A stretch of 54,958 bases of DNA, filler included, from Streblomastix strix (GCA_008636045.1; 3 parts of 3 records of this genome joined end to end with filler, not necessarily neighbours in it); one strand, 5' to 3'. Positions 1-14,990 are shown, counted from the whole stretch's first letter. Program-made: numbers and translations. The notes: a model not told the origin generated them from the sequence alone.

Positions 1-729
1 CATGGAAGCCTATCAAGATCACAGTTTGAACTCCTTTCACAGATATTATTCTATGTTGAAGCTATTACAGTTGATCGAACTCAATCATTCCTTTTTGCTT
101 TAGTAGATATTAAAGAGAAACTTCTTAATTACACTCTTTTCTTGTCTGCACTGTTATTATAAGGAGAGAATGAACACCCACTTGTACCACCTTATGATCT
201 GATTTAGAGTAAAGATGACCCATTTACAGTTTCTGGTCTCATTACACCTCAAGCACCAGTTCAATTACATTCAGTTGCAGGTCCAAGATTATTCAGAAAC
301 AATTCAGAGGCAATTGGAGAAAGGTTTTCTTTTGTGGTCAATCCTCCAGATCAATATTCTTCAGCTCCAACTCTATTTGCTATTCCTACTCCCTCACCAA
401 GTATGCCTGCTTCACCAATATCAATGGAAGCTCCATCATACATATATCAGTATCGAGTTGCTATGAACCTTGCACTTGTCTTGAACTTACTCTACAAATC
501 TACAGTAATCCATTATGATACAGCACAATATTTGGCTTAACTTCCATACTTCCCATCACTTCTCGTTACACTAATGTGTGTGCCTGTGAATATACCAACT
601 AGTCAAGTATACAGTGCTCGGTTACCATATAGAAGTGTATCTTTACGTGGAGCTTCACTAAGATTGGCTTGTACTATTTCAAGATTTAATTCATAACTAG
701 CTGATTTTCTGGGAAAGATGAATGAGTGA
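1..729 (+). CDS. 3' part of a hypothetical protein (5' end cut by contig start); paralog at 37127-38270
   Basis: Frame 1 is open with TAR=Gln: HGSLSRSQFELL...LVPPYDLIQSKDDPF...RLACTISRFNSQLADFLGKMNE, then TGA at 727-729. The minus-strand paralog ends at the same position (LEKMYE-TGA). Confidence 0.8.
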
Positions 730-1402
730 CAAATTTTCATTTTCAATTTAATTATTATGTTTTTACTTTCTGTATAATAGTTTGCGAGTAGATGTGGATC
801 AAATCACTCCGATTTATTTATCTAGACCATTCCAGGCCCACCCACTCACCCAAAAATCCCTTCTAAATCTACCCAGACATCAAACTCACCGACAGTAAAA
901 AAAATTTTTTAGTTTATTTTTAGTATTGAGCTGATTTGATTATAAGTTTTATTTTTCAACATAATAAAATATATTAAACTTAATCATCAAAAACATATCA
1001 TTTTGTATTTTGGTTTTGAGAAAAAAAATTTACTCAAAACACCAAAAGGATTTTATTTATAAATAACATAATTATTTACAATAATTTAATATACTATTTC
1101 TATTTATACAATTAATATCAATATATAATTCAATTTTAGTTAACAGTGCAGCTTACAAAAAATTATCATTAAAACTTAATTTCTAGCAAAAAATAGAATA
1201 TTAAATAATTTAAATATATTTCATACAAATACTAAACTGTTATTAATATAAATTCAAACAATTATAAACATTATTTAGATCATTTGAAATTTTTTTGTTT
1301 AATTTTTCCAAAAAAAATCTCTAACATACTACTTTTCTCGTAATTTTGCATTAATTTCTGGATAATTTATTGTTTATTTTCATTTTTTATCTCAGTAATA
1401 TC

Positions 1403-4400
1403 ATGACTCAAATTAAATTAAAAATAAATATCCCTCCGGCAGAAAATGCTTTAGAAATTTTAAGACTTTTGGACATCAAAAAAGAAAATGATAATGTATC
1501 CCTACTGTTCAAACTTAGTGGCCTGGTTCTCAGCAGTATAAATGTTTATTTCTCATTGTATTATTACATTATTAATCTAACTCTAGAAACATCAACAGCA
1601 CATGATCTTGTAGATAATGGTCTACTTGATTTTTGTGTGAAGGCTTCAAAACTTGAAAATCGTGAATTGGAAGTTTGCTAGCATTATTTATTGTAATATA
1701 ATTTATTTTACCTTATATTTAGTTAGAATGTTGGATGCTTCTTGTTCGTGTCTCTAACGCCATTGATAATGAAGAAAACATAATTAAATCTACTTAGAAC
1801 CGACCTGAACTTATCTTTATTGAACATCGATCAGTCATAATGATTATTATGTAGATTATTGATAAAATTAGTTAGATTAGAAAAGGATTAATAAATATTT
1901 TTACATTTCCATAAATTCTTGTTGATATATTAAATAGTTAATAACTTTCAATAGAAATCCGAACAGAAGGATTGAATGTTTTATCGCATATAATTGATAG
2001 AATGAAAGGATATTAATTAGTTGATTTAGAGGATTATTTTAGTATGATGTTCCAACCTATTCTTGAATTTGCTTTAGATGTAGATGAAAATAATTTAGCT
2101 GGAAAAACTAATGAATCAGAAAAAATGATAAGAAATAAAGCAAAAGAAATGGCACTTTAAGGAGTATTGGAGCGAATTGATTTAGATGATGATGAAGATT
2201 TAGAAAATATTATGACATTACTATTCTCAATTATTCATTCAACTTCCAGATGGTAAGTAAGATGCTAAATGATATAATCAATAGATCTTATACTTTCTAA
2301 TATTCAAGACAGATGCTTTGTTGATGTATTATAATAAAACTTTGAAATCAAATATTTATGTGAAAAAGGAGTTAACCACCTTCGTTTACTTAATAAATAT
2401 AGAAATGATTAGAATAACGAGTCAACGAATAGCGATACAGAAAATAATGTGGAAGATGTGCAATTAGAAAAAATAATATAAAAATGGCAGACTCGTTTTC
2501 ATAATATTGTTAGATTTAGTGCAAAGACTGGAGAAATAGTAAATGCATCAATTATATAATAATTCCAATAACAATCGAAGATCTTAACAGAATTAGAATT
2601 CTAAAAGCTAATGAAGATGAAACACAAACTATTAATTGCATCAACAAGAGAATTATAAACATTTTCATTAGTTCGATGTAATGATATTATGAATGACGTA
2701 TTCTTCCTTTTCTCTGAATAATAAATTGAATTGACTTTGAATATGCTGCTCGAAAACCCATTTTTGGTAAATTTGGTGATTAATTGTTTTATTGAATAAT
2801 TTGACAATTGCAAGTTTGATATGTAGAACCGCCTTTTGAAGATAATATATCATATATATTATGTTTAAGGAAGATTAAATATGTATAAAGGAGGGAAAAT
2901 CAACTTTTTAATGAATATTAATATTCATACAATGATTGATCGAAATATATCAGGTATATTGAAGAGGGAGCTTTTATCATAAGGATTAATTAAAATACAG
3001 CGAGAACCAAAATCAAAAGTTCGAGTAAAAGGATCGAAATTGAAAAGAAAAAAAGAATATTTAATATAAATGAATTCTAATGATGAAAAGATCATACCCA
3101 TAGAATTGATGGAATAAGCAGCAATAATCATTCTGTTAAATGCAAGAAACAGAACAATTACAAATGATAGCAAGGATAAATACACTTTTTCTCTAATTGT
3201 TGCTGACAGGATTATACTAAACTGTCTTCATTCTGCATAAAGCAGTTTTTTGCAAATGTTATAAATGTCAACTTCCTTGAGTTTAAAGCATAATCAAATT
3301 GGAATTAATAGTTCTTCATAAAAAGATGATAAATAATAACAAAATCCTTTATTTCCTTCCCCTAATATAATTAATCAATAGAAAATCCTTCAAAAATAAT
3401 TAAAAAAAGAAGAATTAACTAAATAAATGTGCAATATTGATTTTAGTGAATTCATGAACAATGAAATTCAAACATAAATTCAAATAAAAAACCGCGAATC
3501 GATTGGAAAGAAAGGAAACAAAAACATATCTGAAAATGATGAATCGAAACAGATGTAGAAACTTATTCAAATTCTAACAGCGATTTACTTTGCTGCAAAA
3601 TGTTTAGAATGTAAACAAATAGTGAAAGAATGGTTTATTTAACATCCTTAGTTTTCAATGCTAATCCATATTAATTGCTCTTGCTAATTCTCTCGAAGTC
3701 TTTATTATCATCCTTATTAAAACGAGTAAAGCAAATTGCAACAATAATGTGAAGAAACACTAGTAAAGATAAGTGCATTTCATGTATTATCTTAAATTGC
3801 ATCTTAAAGCAAAGAAAATCAGACATGGCTTGATAAATCTCTTGATATAATTCCTCACATTCAAGAAATCATTGAAAAAGCTTCATAAATTGGAATTAAC
3901 AATTTATTTTCACAAAAAACAAATAAAACTCCTAAATTTAATATTATTAATTCTTCTTCTTCTTCTTCTTCTTCTTCTTCATCATCTTCTTCTTCATCAT
4001 CATCATCTTCTTTATCTTCTTCTTTATCTTCTTCTTCTTCTTCTTCTTCTTCTTCATCATCATCTTCTTCTTCTTCATCATCATCATCTTCTTTATCTTC
4101 TTCTTTATCTTCTTCTTCTTCTTCTTCTTCTTCATCATCATCATCTTCTTCTTCTTCATCATCATCATCTTCTTTATCTTCTTCTTTATCTTCTTCTTCA
4201 TCATCATCTTCTTCAAAATCATCATCTTCTTCTTCATCATCATCATCTTCTTTATCTTCTTCTTTATCTTCTTCTTCATCATCATCTTCTTCAAAATCAT
4301 CATCTTCTTCATCATCATCATCTTCTTCATCTTCATCATCATCATCTTCTTCTTCATCATCATCTTCATCATCATCATCTTCTTCTTCATAATCATCATC

Positions 4401-5590
4401 TTCTTCATCATCATCTTCATCATCATCATCATCTTCTTCTTCTTCATAATCACATTTATAAGCATAAAATGAATAAGAAAATAAAGATCATATTTAGAAT
4501 GATAATATAAGTCAACTTTTTACTAAATATTATAGAGGAAATCTAAGTCAATCATCATCTCCAAAATCAATTTCAATGGCTTTGATTGATTCTGCAATTG
4601 GTTTATTATATGCAATAATATACTAACATGGTGAGCTTAGGGAAAAAGTTCGTAATAATATCAAACTCATATAATAAATAAGTGTACTTGCAAAAATAGG
4701 AAAAAGAAATTTTATAAAATCGTAGACTGCGTAAATCAAGAAAAATAGTTTTGAGCAAAAAGAAGAAGAATTTTTTCGTTATAATATATAACGGAAATCA
4801 ATAAAACTCCTTCTTTATTTATTATCAACTTCTGCAAACAATTATTAATCTAAATAAATTGAAGATGGTTCTTAACTCAGATAAATTATATTTTCTGGTT
4901 TAAGCTCAGCAGGTGGAGCAAGAATAGAAGATAATCATAATTCATTATTCAGAACAATTAGTTACATTGATCGATTGCGCAAATTTTATGAGTTTTCCAT
5001 CAGTTTGTCCAACCACACTCACTCACCAGAAAATTCTTTATCAGATTTAAATACTAATATAAAAAATTAATATTTCTTAAATAACAGTAATCTTAATGAT
5101 ACAAATCTCTAAACTGCTATTGTACCTATAATTACAACTACTTCATCTTCAAATATTTTTCCTCTTATTATTAAACCATCTTCTCAACTCCATGAAACAG
5201 AATATTCTATTTAATTGAGAGAATGTGCAGAAGAATAAGAATTAATAGAAGAATGTGATGCACTTCAATTTCAAGAAGAAAATTTTAAAACGTGGATGAT
5301 AGGAAAAGAGGCCAAAAGAATGATATCTTGGGGTAAGTTGATTTATTTTTCATATATTTTTGGAATGATTTATAATGATAATATTTTCAAATACTATTAT
5401 TTAGAATAAGGATTTTTATCGAATCCATCTCAGATAGAGAAGAATATTTAATTAGCAAACAAAAATTAAATTGATGATTCATCTGACTCATCATTTAGCG
5501 AAATTTCTGCGAATTTTGAAATGGGAAATTCAAGTAGCGATAATGTTGAGACAGAAAAGGATAGTATGTAGAATAAATAAAGAAATTATT

Positions 5591-5634
<44 letters not shown>

Positions 5635-5666
5635 TAAACTTCATTTAAGCTACTGATAGTGATTGA
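1403..5666 (+). CDS. Large hypothetical helical (ARM/HEAT-like) protein, ~1350 aa, with an internal poly-Ser tract
   Basis: ATG at 1403. GT-AG introns at ~1536-1586, 1673-1722, 5333-5404 and probably ~5565-5649. Exon 1723-5332 has no in-frame TGA. The end (TDSD-TGA) is tentative and the fold is inferred only from helical Leu/Ile patterning. Confidence 0.7.
3952..4446 (+). repeat. Coding TCT/TCA trinucleotide repeat (~165 codons, poly-Ser with SLSSSLS sub-repeats)
   Basis: In frame with flanking coding sequence on both sides (…FNIIN-SSSS…-SQSHLQAQNE). Confidence 0.9.
5594..5630. repeat. (TA)n microsatellite in probable last intron
   Basis: Direct dinucleotide run. Confidence 0.85.
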
Positions 5667-5908
5667 TATCGAAATTAAAAATATAAATGAATTGAATATG
5701 AATAAAAAAAGGTCAAAGATTCAGATTTTCCCAGTAATTAATAACAACGGAGAAGAATAAAAAATAAAAAATAATAATATATTTTATATATTTTATATAT
5801 TTTTTTATAAAATCTTTAAATTTTTCACTCAAAAAATGTAAATGGTTTGTTTTCAGAATTAATTTTCAAATTACAATATTAATAATGATTTTTTGATAAT
5901 CTAATCCT

Positions 5909-8900
5909 TCAACCATCCTACTATAAATCAGCCCAAAAATTATCATCGCTCTCCTCCTCCTGTGTAAACTCTTCTTCTTTACTTTCTTCATCAATGAGAC
6001 CTGCAAACTTTAGTAAAGAATTTATATTATTGCTCTCATCTTTCTATCCAAAGCCTTATTAATATTTTACTTCATTTTCAATATTAAAATTGGTATCACC
6101 TTCATAAGTTATATTCATTTTGTTTTGATTGAAATTGTCATAATAAGATGTGGATATATTTTTATCTTGTTATTACTATTATTACATTTAAGACTCATTT
6201 ATTGGTTTATGCATATTGTTTTGATTGGGTAATTTAATATTTTATTCATTTTGAAGTTGATTATCAAAAGAATTATTATATTCACCTTCTTGAAATATAT
6301 TATCATATTAATTTTCATCCATATCTGAATAAATTTATTATTATTGCTATAAATTGTCATTAGTTATAAGACTCTAAAAAAGAAAATTCTATTCAGATGG
6401 TTTAAATCGACTGTATCTATCCTTCTTTAAATCAAAGTTACTTTCATTAAAGCTAATATTATTATTCATTAAATCTTAGTTCTTTTACTGTTAAATATGA
6501 ACAAGTGAATTAATATTTTTATTTTTGGTGTCATCTTGTGTAAGTTCAGAATCAAAAAAGAAATTGTTTTCTGAGTCTTCAATTTCTTCAGGATTTGTAG
6601 TTTAAAATTCAATTTCTTGGTATTTCTGCTGGTATTATTATGATTATTGTTGTTGCTAATCTTCAAATTCCATATTATTGAGATAATTCAAATTAATTTC
6701 CTTCATTCCTGTTTTTTCTTCTAATTCTTCTTTCTAAATTCTTTCTTATTCTCTTTTCTCTTTTTATTCTCTTTCCAATTCTCTCAGATTGCGTGATGTC
6801 TGATACGTTATTTATTATTTGCTCATATCTTTTTCTGTATCAAATTATTGTTAATCGGTGACATCAACAAAATCCATCGAAGAAAGATAATCCATATTAA
6901 TTTCTGGCATTTCTATCTATTCATTATCTTTAAAAATTTGACTTTATTTTAATGATGATTTTAAATTGATTATTTTATTTTTCTCATCAATTTATGATTA
7001 ATGAGGCGAATATTTAAGTGAGCTTGCTAATTCAACTTTTTTAATTTATCCATCTTTCTAAAAATTATTTTCAGTTAATGTTCCAACGATTTAATCAGAA
7101 TTATTAAAATAATCAAATTCTTATGGATTTAATTCATGAAAAGATTTCTTACTATCAATATACTATTAATTCTCTTCATATTCATTTTCTTCTTATTCTT
7201 ATATTTTGTTTTCTTCATAATATTCATTTGATTTTTTTCTTCCTTTTATATTTCTTTCATCTGTATGTTATTACTAATGGATAATTTAATCTGCATTATA
7301 TTATTATTATTACTAATCTTTCTTAACACCCCTAATGAGATATTTTTCCATTTCGCGTAACTCATTGCGCTTCATTTCTTACAAATCCTCGTTTCTCATC
7401 TTATCAAACTCAGCAAATGCAATTTCCTCTTCTCTCCATTCCATCTCTGCTTCTATATCATTCTATATTCTAAATACTTCACTATCATTCAGAATATCAT
7501 TTAGCTCATTAAATCTACTCCTTACAAGATGTTTCCAAAATCTTCTTCCAATGTGCTCTTCTTTATGTTATTTACGAACTCTCTTCTAATCTCCCCAAAG
7601 AATAATCTCAATATTCCTGATCATTGAATATGTAGGAATAAAAGCTGATCCTGTTTCTCTATCTATTACTTTCACATTATGAGGAATAAGTTTATTTGGT
7701 TAGGGAAGAAATAATGGTCCTGGATTTGGCTTTATTAAATATTCACTTTGAATAGACACTGAACTTTTTTTAGGATTGATTGATTTGGAAGGATCAGGAT
7801 TTAAATTATTTTTTGAAGATTGTTTCTAGTTTAATGTAAATTATTTGGAAATATCTCCTCTTCGATCTTACTCATCTAAGTTCTACTAATGAATATGCAA
7901 CTTTTATATATTTGGAATATTTTGTTAACTTACATCTGTAATATCTTTTATAATATCAACATATGATAAATCAAAATTATCATATTTTTCTTCATCTTAA
8001 CCAACACTAACATTTTCCCAAACTTTATCTATATCATCCTCTATAATAATATCAACCTGTTTTTCAATAATATTTTAATCACTTATCTACCTATCTGAAG
8101 AAAGTATTTATTATTTATCTTATGTAGGTTTAAATGAATCTACACTATTTCTTCTATTTTTTGGAGATGATGATCTCGATGAATGATCTGAATATTCTGT
8201 TGATAAATCCATACTTAATGTTAATTTACTGCTCATTTAATGACCAATAACATGATTAGACTTTGAAGAAAGTGAATCATCATCTGCTTCTCCAGTACTC
8301 CATCTTCTAACTTAGCTTATTTGTAATTATGATTAAGAATTTGATTTATTATTTCCTCCCATTAAAACAGAACTGCTCCCTTGTTGCTATTTTTGTTATT
8401 ATTAAATTAGAATTATAGAAGATGATGATTAATTTGTTGTGAAAAAAGTGACATTGGATGAAAATGATGAGGAAGAAGATGATTATGGAATCACAGTATT
8501 TATTTGTTTAATTCCTTATTAATAAAATTATTACTAATTTTCTAATGGGTTTTCAGGTGAATTATTTCCACTTCTGTTTGAATATGTATGAGCAGATTTG
8601 TCACTTCTATCACTTAACTTCGATGGAGTTCCAATGTTTGATCCTTAATTACTCATATTTTTGCCAAACTTTAATTTTAAAATTCCATCTTTCTTTTTTT
8701 ATGGAGGTTTCTGGAGTTGTCGCTCAATAGATCTCTTTTAAGTGTCAAGATATTTGGAAAATTATTCACAGAAAGAAATAAGGCAAATATCAATTGATTA
8801 TTTCCTACTCTTCTACATGTCACTCATCATCCATTAACTGAAAGAAGAAATCATTTCAGAAGTTTAATTATATAGATAATCAGTATGTTTAAGAGAATCT

Positions 8901-11900
8901 TCTGTTTCATTCTGAAGATATTTCAATTGTGGATGAACATGCGTCTCTTCACCTGTTCGAACATTGAGATATACTCTTTCATTTGTAATTGGGTTATATT
9001 ACGGTATCCATTCTCTACCCATTAATAACTTCCTTTCTCCTTAATCTCTAACAGCTAAAGAAGGAATTGAATTATAATTCTTTTTAGATAAGAAATTTAA
9101 ATTATTTTATGATTATAAATTTTATTATTTTGAATTAATTAATTCAGGACCAAATTCAGTTTCTAATTAATTTACAACTGTCTAGAATTATGGAAGCAAA
9201 GTACGTGGAATACTTGTAATGATTATTCTTTTTCGTTCAAGACACGCTTACTTAATAAGATCACTAAGATTTTTTATATTCTACTCCTACTATTCAACAA
9301 GAATCTTTCTCATATCTATTCTACTCAATTAAGGAGTACATGAAGCAATATAAGTAATACGATAATTCCACAATTGTTATTTTCTTCTTCGAAATGCATG
9401 GGCAACCATTAATTGTCTTCCAACAGCCATCTTCCTTGCAAGATAAGCTCTTGTTTCTCTTTGAATGATCTGAGCAGCTTTATAATATTTTAAGTTATAT
9501 AACATATTTTCTAATTCTTATTCACTTATTAAACTCATTGGTGAATCTGGAGATGCAGACCAACTAAATTCAGACTTCATTGAAAAAAATGTCTGAGAAC
9601 TAAAAGAGTGTTTCATAAGATCACGAAGGGTGGTGTGAGAAGTTATATTTTCTTTTAATTTATTTTATATACTATTTTAAGTTTGTTTCCCAAATAAAGA
9701 TCTACCTTCTCCAATCATTAATTTAGCTATTACTGAATCATTCCTTTTCATATCATTCACAGAACTTTAGCTGCTAATTGATCCACGTTTCTATTCAAAA
9801 TATGCCTCAGCTTCTTTTGAAAGTTTCTCTCCTTCTTTCCTCATTGATTATTATTGCTTCAACATTTCTCTTATCTCATTAATCCTTTTCTATCTCAAAT
9901 ACCATCTCTAAATACGCCTTGCAGATCTTTATCTCTTTGTTCTTTCACTCAATTGTGGAATATCATCAAAACCAAATATACTTCCTAGAATTGGATAAGA
10001 CTAAATCCAAATATATTCTGATTCTTGAAGTTAATATGTTAAAGATTATTTAACTATTTCCATATTTGTTTATTTTTTCGATATTCTACTTGAGTCAAAA
10101 GCTGTTGAGGATGGAGAAGATATTTTATTTATATGCTTTAATTTATCAATTTATTCTTCTTCTTTATTCTTTTTAATATATATTGCACTTTCTTCATCTT
10201 CAAAAAAATCTATTCCCATCTTTTATACATATTATCTAACCACATCTTATAGTTCTTTTTTAGTATTATAAACAAATTATGATTAATACTCAGAATTCTT
10301 TTCAATCTATTCATTAATTTCATTGTAATTATTATTTCCTTACTCATCTTGAACTTGATTTAAACCTGATCTATTAAATTATCTCAATTATGATTAATTA
10401 ATTGAATCCCTACGATATTTCTTTGTATAATTCTTATTTGATCTTTTCTAAAGCTCTTCATTCATTAATTTATTAACTATTCGATCTTCCTTTGTAGTTG
10501 CTTCCACTGCCTATTAATCTTCAAATGCCTTTGCACGAAATAAGAAGAAGGGGTTATTTCTATATTCTTATTTTTGCATAAACATCTCTTGATTATCACT
10601 TAGAATCTAAGCTTCAGCATCCATTGTTAAAGATTCAAAGAAATTATTGGTGATTAATGTTGGACATCTTAAAAGAGTTATTATTGCTTTCATATATTAA
10701 AGAGCTTCTTATTTATGTAATTCTAAATTTTCTTAATCAGTTTTTAAGTCACCAGTAAAATCAATAAAAAGTTTATCTGTTCTTTATATTTATAATATGC
10801 TTTCTTTTTTAACTTTATTTAATTAAGTTAATTTATTACTTTCTTTTATTCCTCTTTACTTTTATAATTAAACATCTTATTCATCAACAACAATTTATTT
10901 ATTGTTTTATTATTATTATTATGATTTTTTATCATTTCCAATAAATCATGAAATAGAACGGAGATTAAAATTATTCTATGATTATGATTAGCTATTCATA
11001 TTTTCTTATTTACGAGAATTATATTAACTTTGAAGTTATTCGATATTTTAAGGAAAATTATGAAGTGAATTATTATCTCTATTATTAATTGGAATAATTT
11101 CAATTTTTTTTCCACTATCTGAATTAAAATGTGAATTGTTAATTAAAGTTTGTTTATTGTTTGGTTATATCACAATTTAACCAGGTAACAACAGCTGATG
11201 ATACTACTTATTATTAGTTAATTCTGATGATGGTGTATCATTAAATCTAATTTATTATTTAGAAATCAATGAGTTTGACGAATTATAGAGCTTTTGATTC
11301 TAAATGTCTTAATTTTATTAGTTTTTTAATTTCAATATGTCTTTTTGTTCAACTTTCTTCTCTAATTTTATTAATTGTTACTTATTTTCCTGATTCTTTT
11401 ATTCTTTACCATTTTAAGTTTTCGAAGGATGAGGATTAGATGTAGGTCATTCTTATATTTATATTTATTTATCTTTTTTTATATTTTAATCATGTAATTT
11501 ATTATTAATATTACGACTTGTCGATGGTCTTGGTCTTGATTTTTGTTAATTTGAATTAATAATTATTGGGTTTGTACTTTTATCTAAGTTGGATTATTAT
11601 TAAAAAATAATATTAGGTTTATAATTTGAATTTGTATAAGAAAGTTATTATTAATCAAAATTCTAATTATGATGTTATGGTGAGCCTTGAATTGAATTAT
11701 TATTTGTAGTGATGTGATTGTCATTAAGATTTTGAAATTAAAAAGGTTAAGTTTATTACATTTACAAAGTATTATTAAAATTATCATTAATAGGCGAAGT
11801 GGATATTGGGTATTCTTATGAAGCTTATTGATCAGTAAATGATTATTGAAGTGAAGATGGATAAAATGGAATAGTTTTTAGTATTTCATGAATTGTAATT

Positions 11901-12574
11901 ACAGTTGTTTTGGCGACAATTTTGCTTTCAATTCTATTTTTTCTAATGATACTTAAAGGTGAAGGAAGAAATTATATTATTTCATTTTTTTATTATTGAT
12001 TTATAATCTAAGATATTGAATAAGATGTTTCAGAATTGATTGCATAATCAATTGGACATAAATTTTATTCTTATTTTTTCTTTACTAATCTAGGTCTAAT
12101 AAAATTCCCACTATTTAGATATAATGATGCAGGTTATATTTCAGAATAATCCTACTTAGTTTAATGTGATTGTTTTCTTTTTTATTTATATTATTTTTCT
12201 AAATCTATAGCAAGAGCTAACCTCAAGAATTTGTCAAGGCGAAGAATTGATGAATGTACTGGATAACCTGGTTCCAATACACTAGCAAAGTATGGAACAA
12301 CGAGAAAGGATCGAATATAAAGGATAATATGCATTATAATAAAGTAAATATCTGAATCAACATTCATAATTATAGTTTCTTTTCTTAAGTCGTTTTCCTC
12401 CTTGGAAATACGAAATTAAGTCTTTTTATAACCCAATTCTTTCTCGTTTGTTTTGTTTTTGATCTTATACGCTGTGCCAAAATTACCATGATCAATCTCG
12501 CTAATGCTTTCATGCTTTTAAAAATTATTTGTTTAACCTGAATAATGAGCAGGATTGAAAAATGGTTAGGCCAC
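5909..12574 (-). CDS. Long Gln/Asn-rich protein with two IQ motifs and a WW-like domain, in frame with an upstream kinase N-lobe fragment; two internal TGA (gene or pseudogene)
   Basis: One intronless frame from ~12574 to TGA at 5909-5911. IQ motifs SARRIQRWYLRQK (~9900) and KAAQIIQRETRAYLARK (~9460). WW-like EWIPQYNPITNERVYLNVRTGEETHVHP (~8930-9015). Internal TGA at 10946-10948 and 11447-11449. No in-frame ATG at the 5' end. Confidence 0.65.
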
Positions 12575-13578
12575 TCATAGTTTTAAAAAAAACAAATAAA
12601 TAAATATCATGAATTGTATTTCATCTTCAGTTATTTAAATTGAATATTTTTTAATTTTAAAGATAATATATATGTTTTATATAATAAAAAAGATTATTTA
12701 ATAGAAATTAAATATTTGTGGATAAGGAGATATTTATCATATAATATAAACTGGTGAATTTCAATGCTTTTTGGTGTATATTTGGTTACGCTTATATTTA
12801 TTATGAGAAATATATGCATATATGTGAAATAATTATGATTTGGAAACTTAAAATCTTGCTGTTTGATGTGTTATACCACAAATTATAATTTTTAAAAAAA
12901 AAGATTCTACGAATTTTGGAAGTTCAATAGTAAAAATAAAAAGGCATTGGAGCTAGTAATATATAAATAAATATTTTGATAAATAAATCTAATATCAAAA
13001 CAATTCCAGACAATTAAAATAATACCAAACAAAAACTCTTGTATTTTGCTTCAGCATTCAAAGATTTTAAATGTATATTCATTTTATATATTCATTTTAT
13101 ATTCAACTATTCCTTATGAGAATGAAAAGTAAAACGCATAACAAAAAAGCGTGATCTTATTCTTTTGAATTCGCATCGAAAAATCAGCGACAGCACTCCA
13201 TTAACAATATATTATCTTTATCAAAATGCTCCAATTTAGCCTAAATATTATTTTTCACTTAATTTCTATTCATTGCACCAAGCTATTTCATATCCAAGTC
13301 TTTACATGCTATTCAAGATTTAATTGAATATAAATGTAATTTGACATGATCCGAATATTATTCTCAAAATTAATTTGTTTTTTAACCATACATATATAAT
13401 TTTAAAAATTATTTAATATTAATCATCAATTGAAATTATTTTATTGAGAATATTATGACCTATTTTCGAATAAAATGATTATTTCATCCAAATTTCAATC
13501 TTAAAATTTAAAATATTTTATTTATATTTGTTTCAAATTTTAATATTGTCTTTTCTTCTATATATAGAAATATTATTT

Positions 13579-14637
13579 ATGGATCCTCCAAAGAAATTAC
13601 CATAAAAATATTAATCTCAACCTCAAGATGAAAAACCAAAAGATTAACCACAAAAAGAGTAACCAAACTTCCGTCCTGTATGTTTTTACATATTCAATAT
13701 TAAAAATAAATTTTATTGAAAATAATTTAAAATAGAGTGGAAATCTAGTGAATGAAGGGTGTTATTACAAAGGTATTTATTTGAAATGGGATAATCCTTA
13801 AGATGTTTGCCTTCCGAAAGCAAAGTGGAGAATCTATGTTCTTAAAGGAGATGATATTGTTGAAGGTTTATACATTTTTATTTTTATGATGAAAATATTA
13901 TTATATATTATTGTATAGAACCTATTTAAATTCATAAGAATACATCTTTTCTTTTTGGAAGAGATAAAAGAGTATGGAGGATATCAAAATTCAAATTTAT
14001 ATCTTTTTAATTATTCAATATTTTAATCAAGATTGCAGATATTCCAATTTAACACTTATCAACTTCAATGTAACATGCTGTACTACATTTCAGATTAATC
14101 GATGTTATAGATAAAGATAGTAAAACAACAAAGCGAGTAAAGTATATCTTATATATATATTATTAAATAATTTACAATATTTATTTATTTTTACCCTATA
14201 GGCCATTTATCGTTGATTTAAACAGTACCAATGGAACATTTTTGAATGGAGAGAAATTGGTGCCTAATAACTTTTATGAGATTCGGGAGAAGGATATAGT
14301 CAAGTTTGGATAAAGTACTCGTGATTATGTATTTCTTACTGAGGAAAGTGTATCCACAGAAGGAAATAAAGATAAAGAATATGAAAAGAAGAATATTACT
14401 GGTATTAATTCTGATATTGTTACAGATTCTGACTTAAAATAACAAAAAGAGGAAATAATCCAATAAATTGATAAAAAGAAGAGAACCAGGGAAGAAGGAG
14501 AAAAATAAGATGCTGAACGAGAGGAGAGAATTAAGCGCAAAAGAAGAAGAGTGGATGAAGATGAAGAAAAAGAAGAAAAGGATGAGGATGTGGTCAAAGA
14601 TATTTAAATAATGGGGAAAGAAAAATAATATGATTGA
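13579..14637 (+). CDS. SNIP1: FHA-domain protein SNIP1/Pml1 (RES splicing complex) homolog
   Basis: Four introns. Translation contains PNFRPSGNL…KWRIYVLKGD…FLFGRDKRIADIPIQHLSTSMQHAVLHFR…KPFIVDLNSTNGTFLNG…YEIREKDIVKFGQSTRDYVFL, matching the SNIP1 FHA region. TGA at 14635. Confidence 0.9.
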
Positions 14638-14990
14638 ATTTGCATTTATAATTTTTAATCCGTATTCTTATATTCACTTTTAATAAATTGAAATTATCAT
14701 AACTATAACACAAACAAAAACATTTTCACAAACATCGAGGTCTTATAATCAAGATCTTTGCTGTTCTTGCTTTGTTTCTGATTATCGTGGGTATTTTCGT
14801 TAGATGATATACTCCGAACTTCAATATTTTATTCTCATTCAATTTCCATGGAGTTTAAATACTAAAAAATAAACAAGGATATCCAATAGATTATTATTTT
14901 TTATTTAATATTTATTGATATTGATACATAACAAATTTTGAAATGAATATCATGTGTTTTTTCGGATTTGATTTAAAGATTTCATAAAAC

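Noticed and set aside
726..935. Possible intron 726-780 extending the first gene
   Set aside because: The paralog ends with E-TGA at the same position, so 727-729 is taken as the stop.
3872..4510. His/Leu-rich and Lys/Met-rich ORFs in the ORF track
   Set aside because: They are alternative frames of the poly-Ser repeat; only the Ser frame joins the flanking coding sequence.
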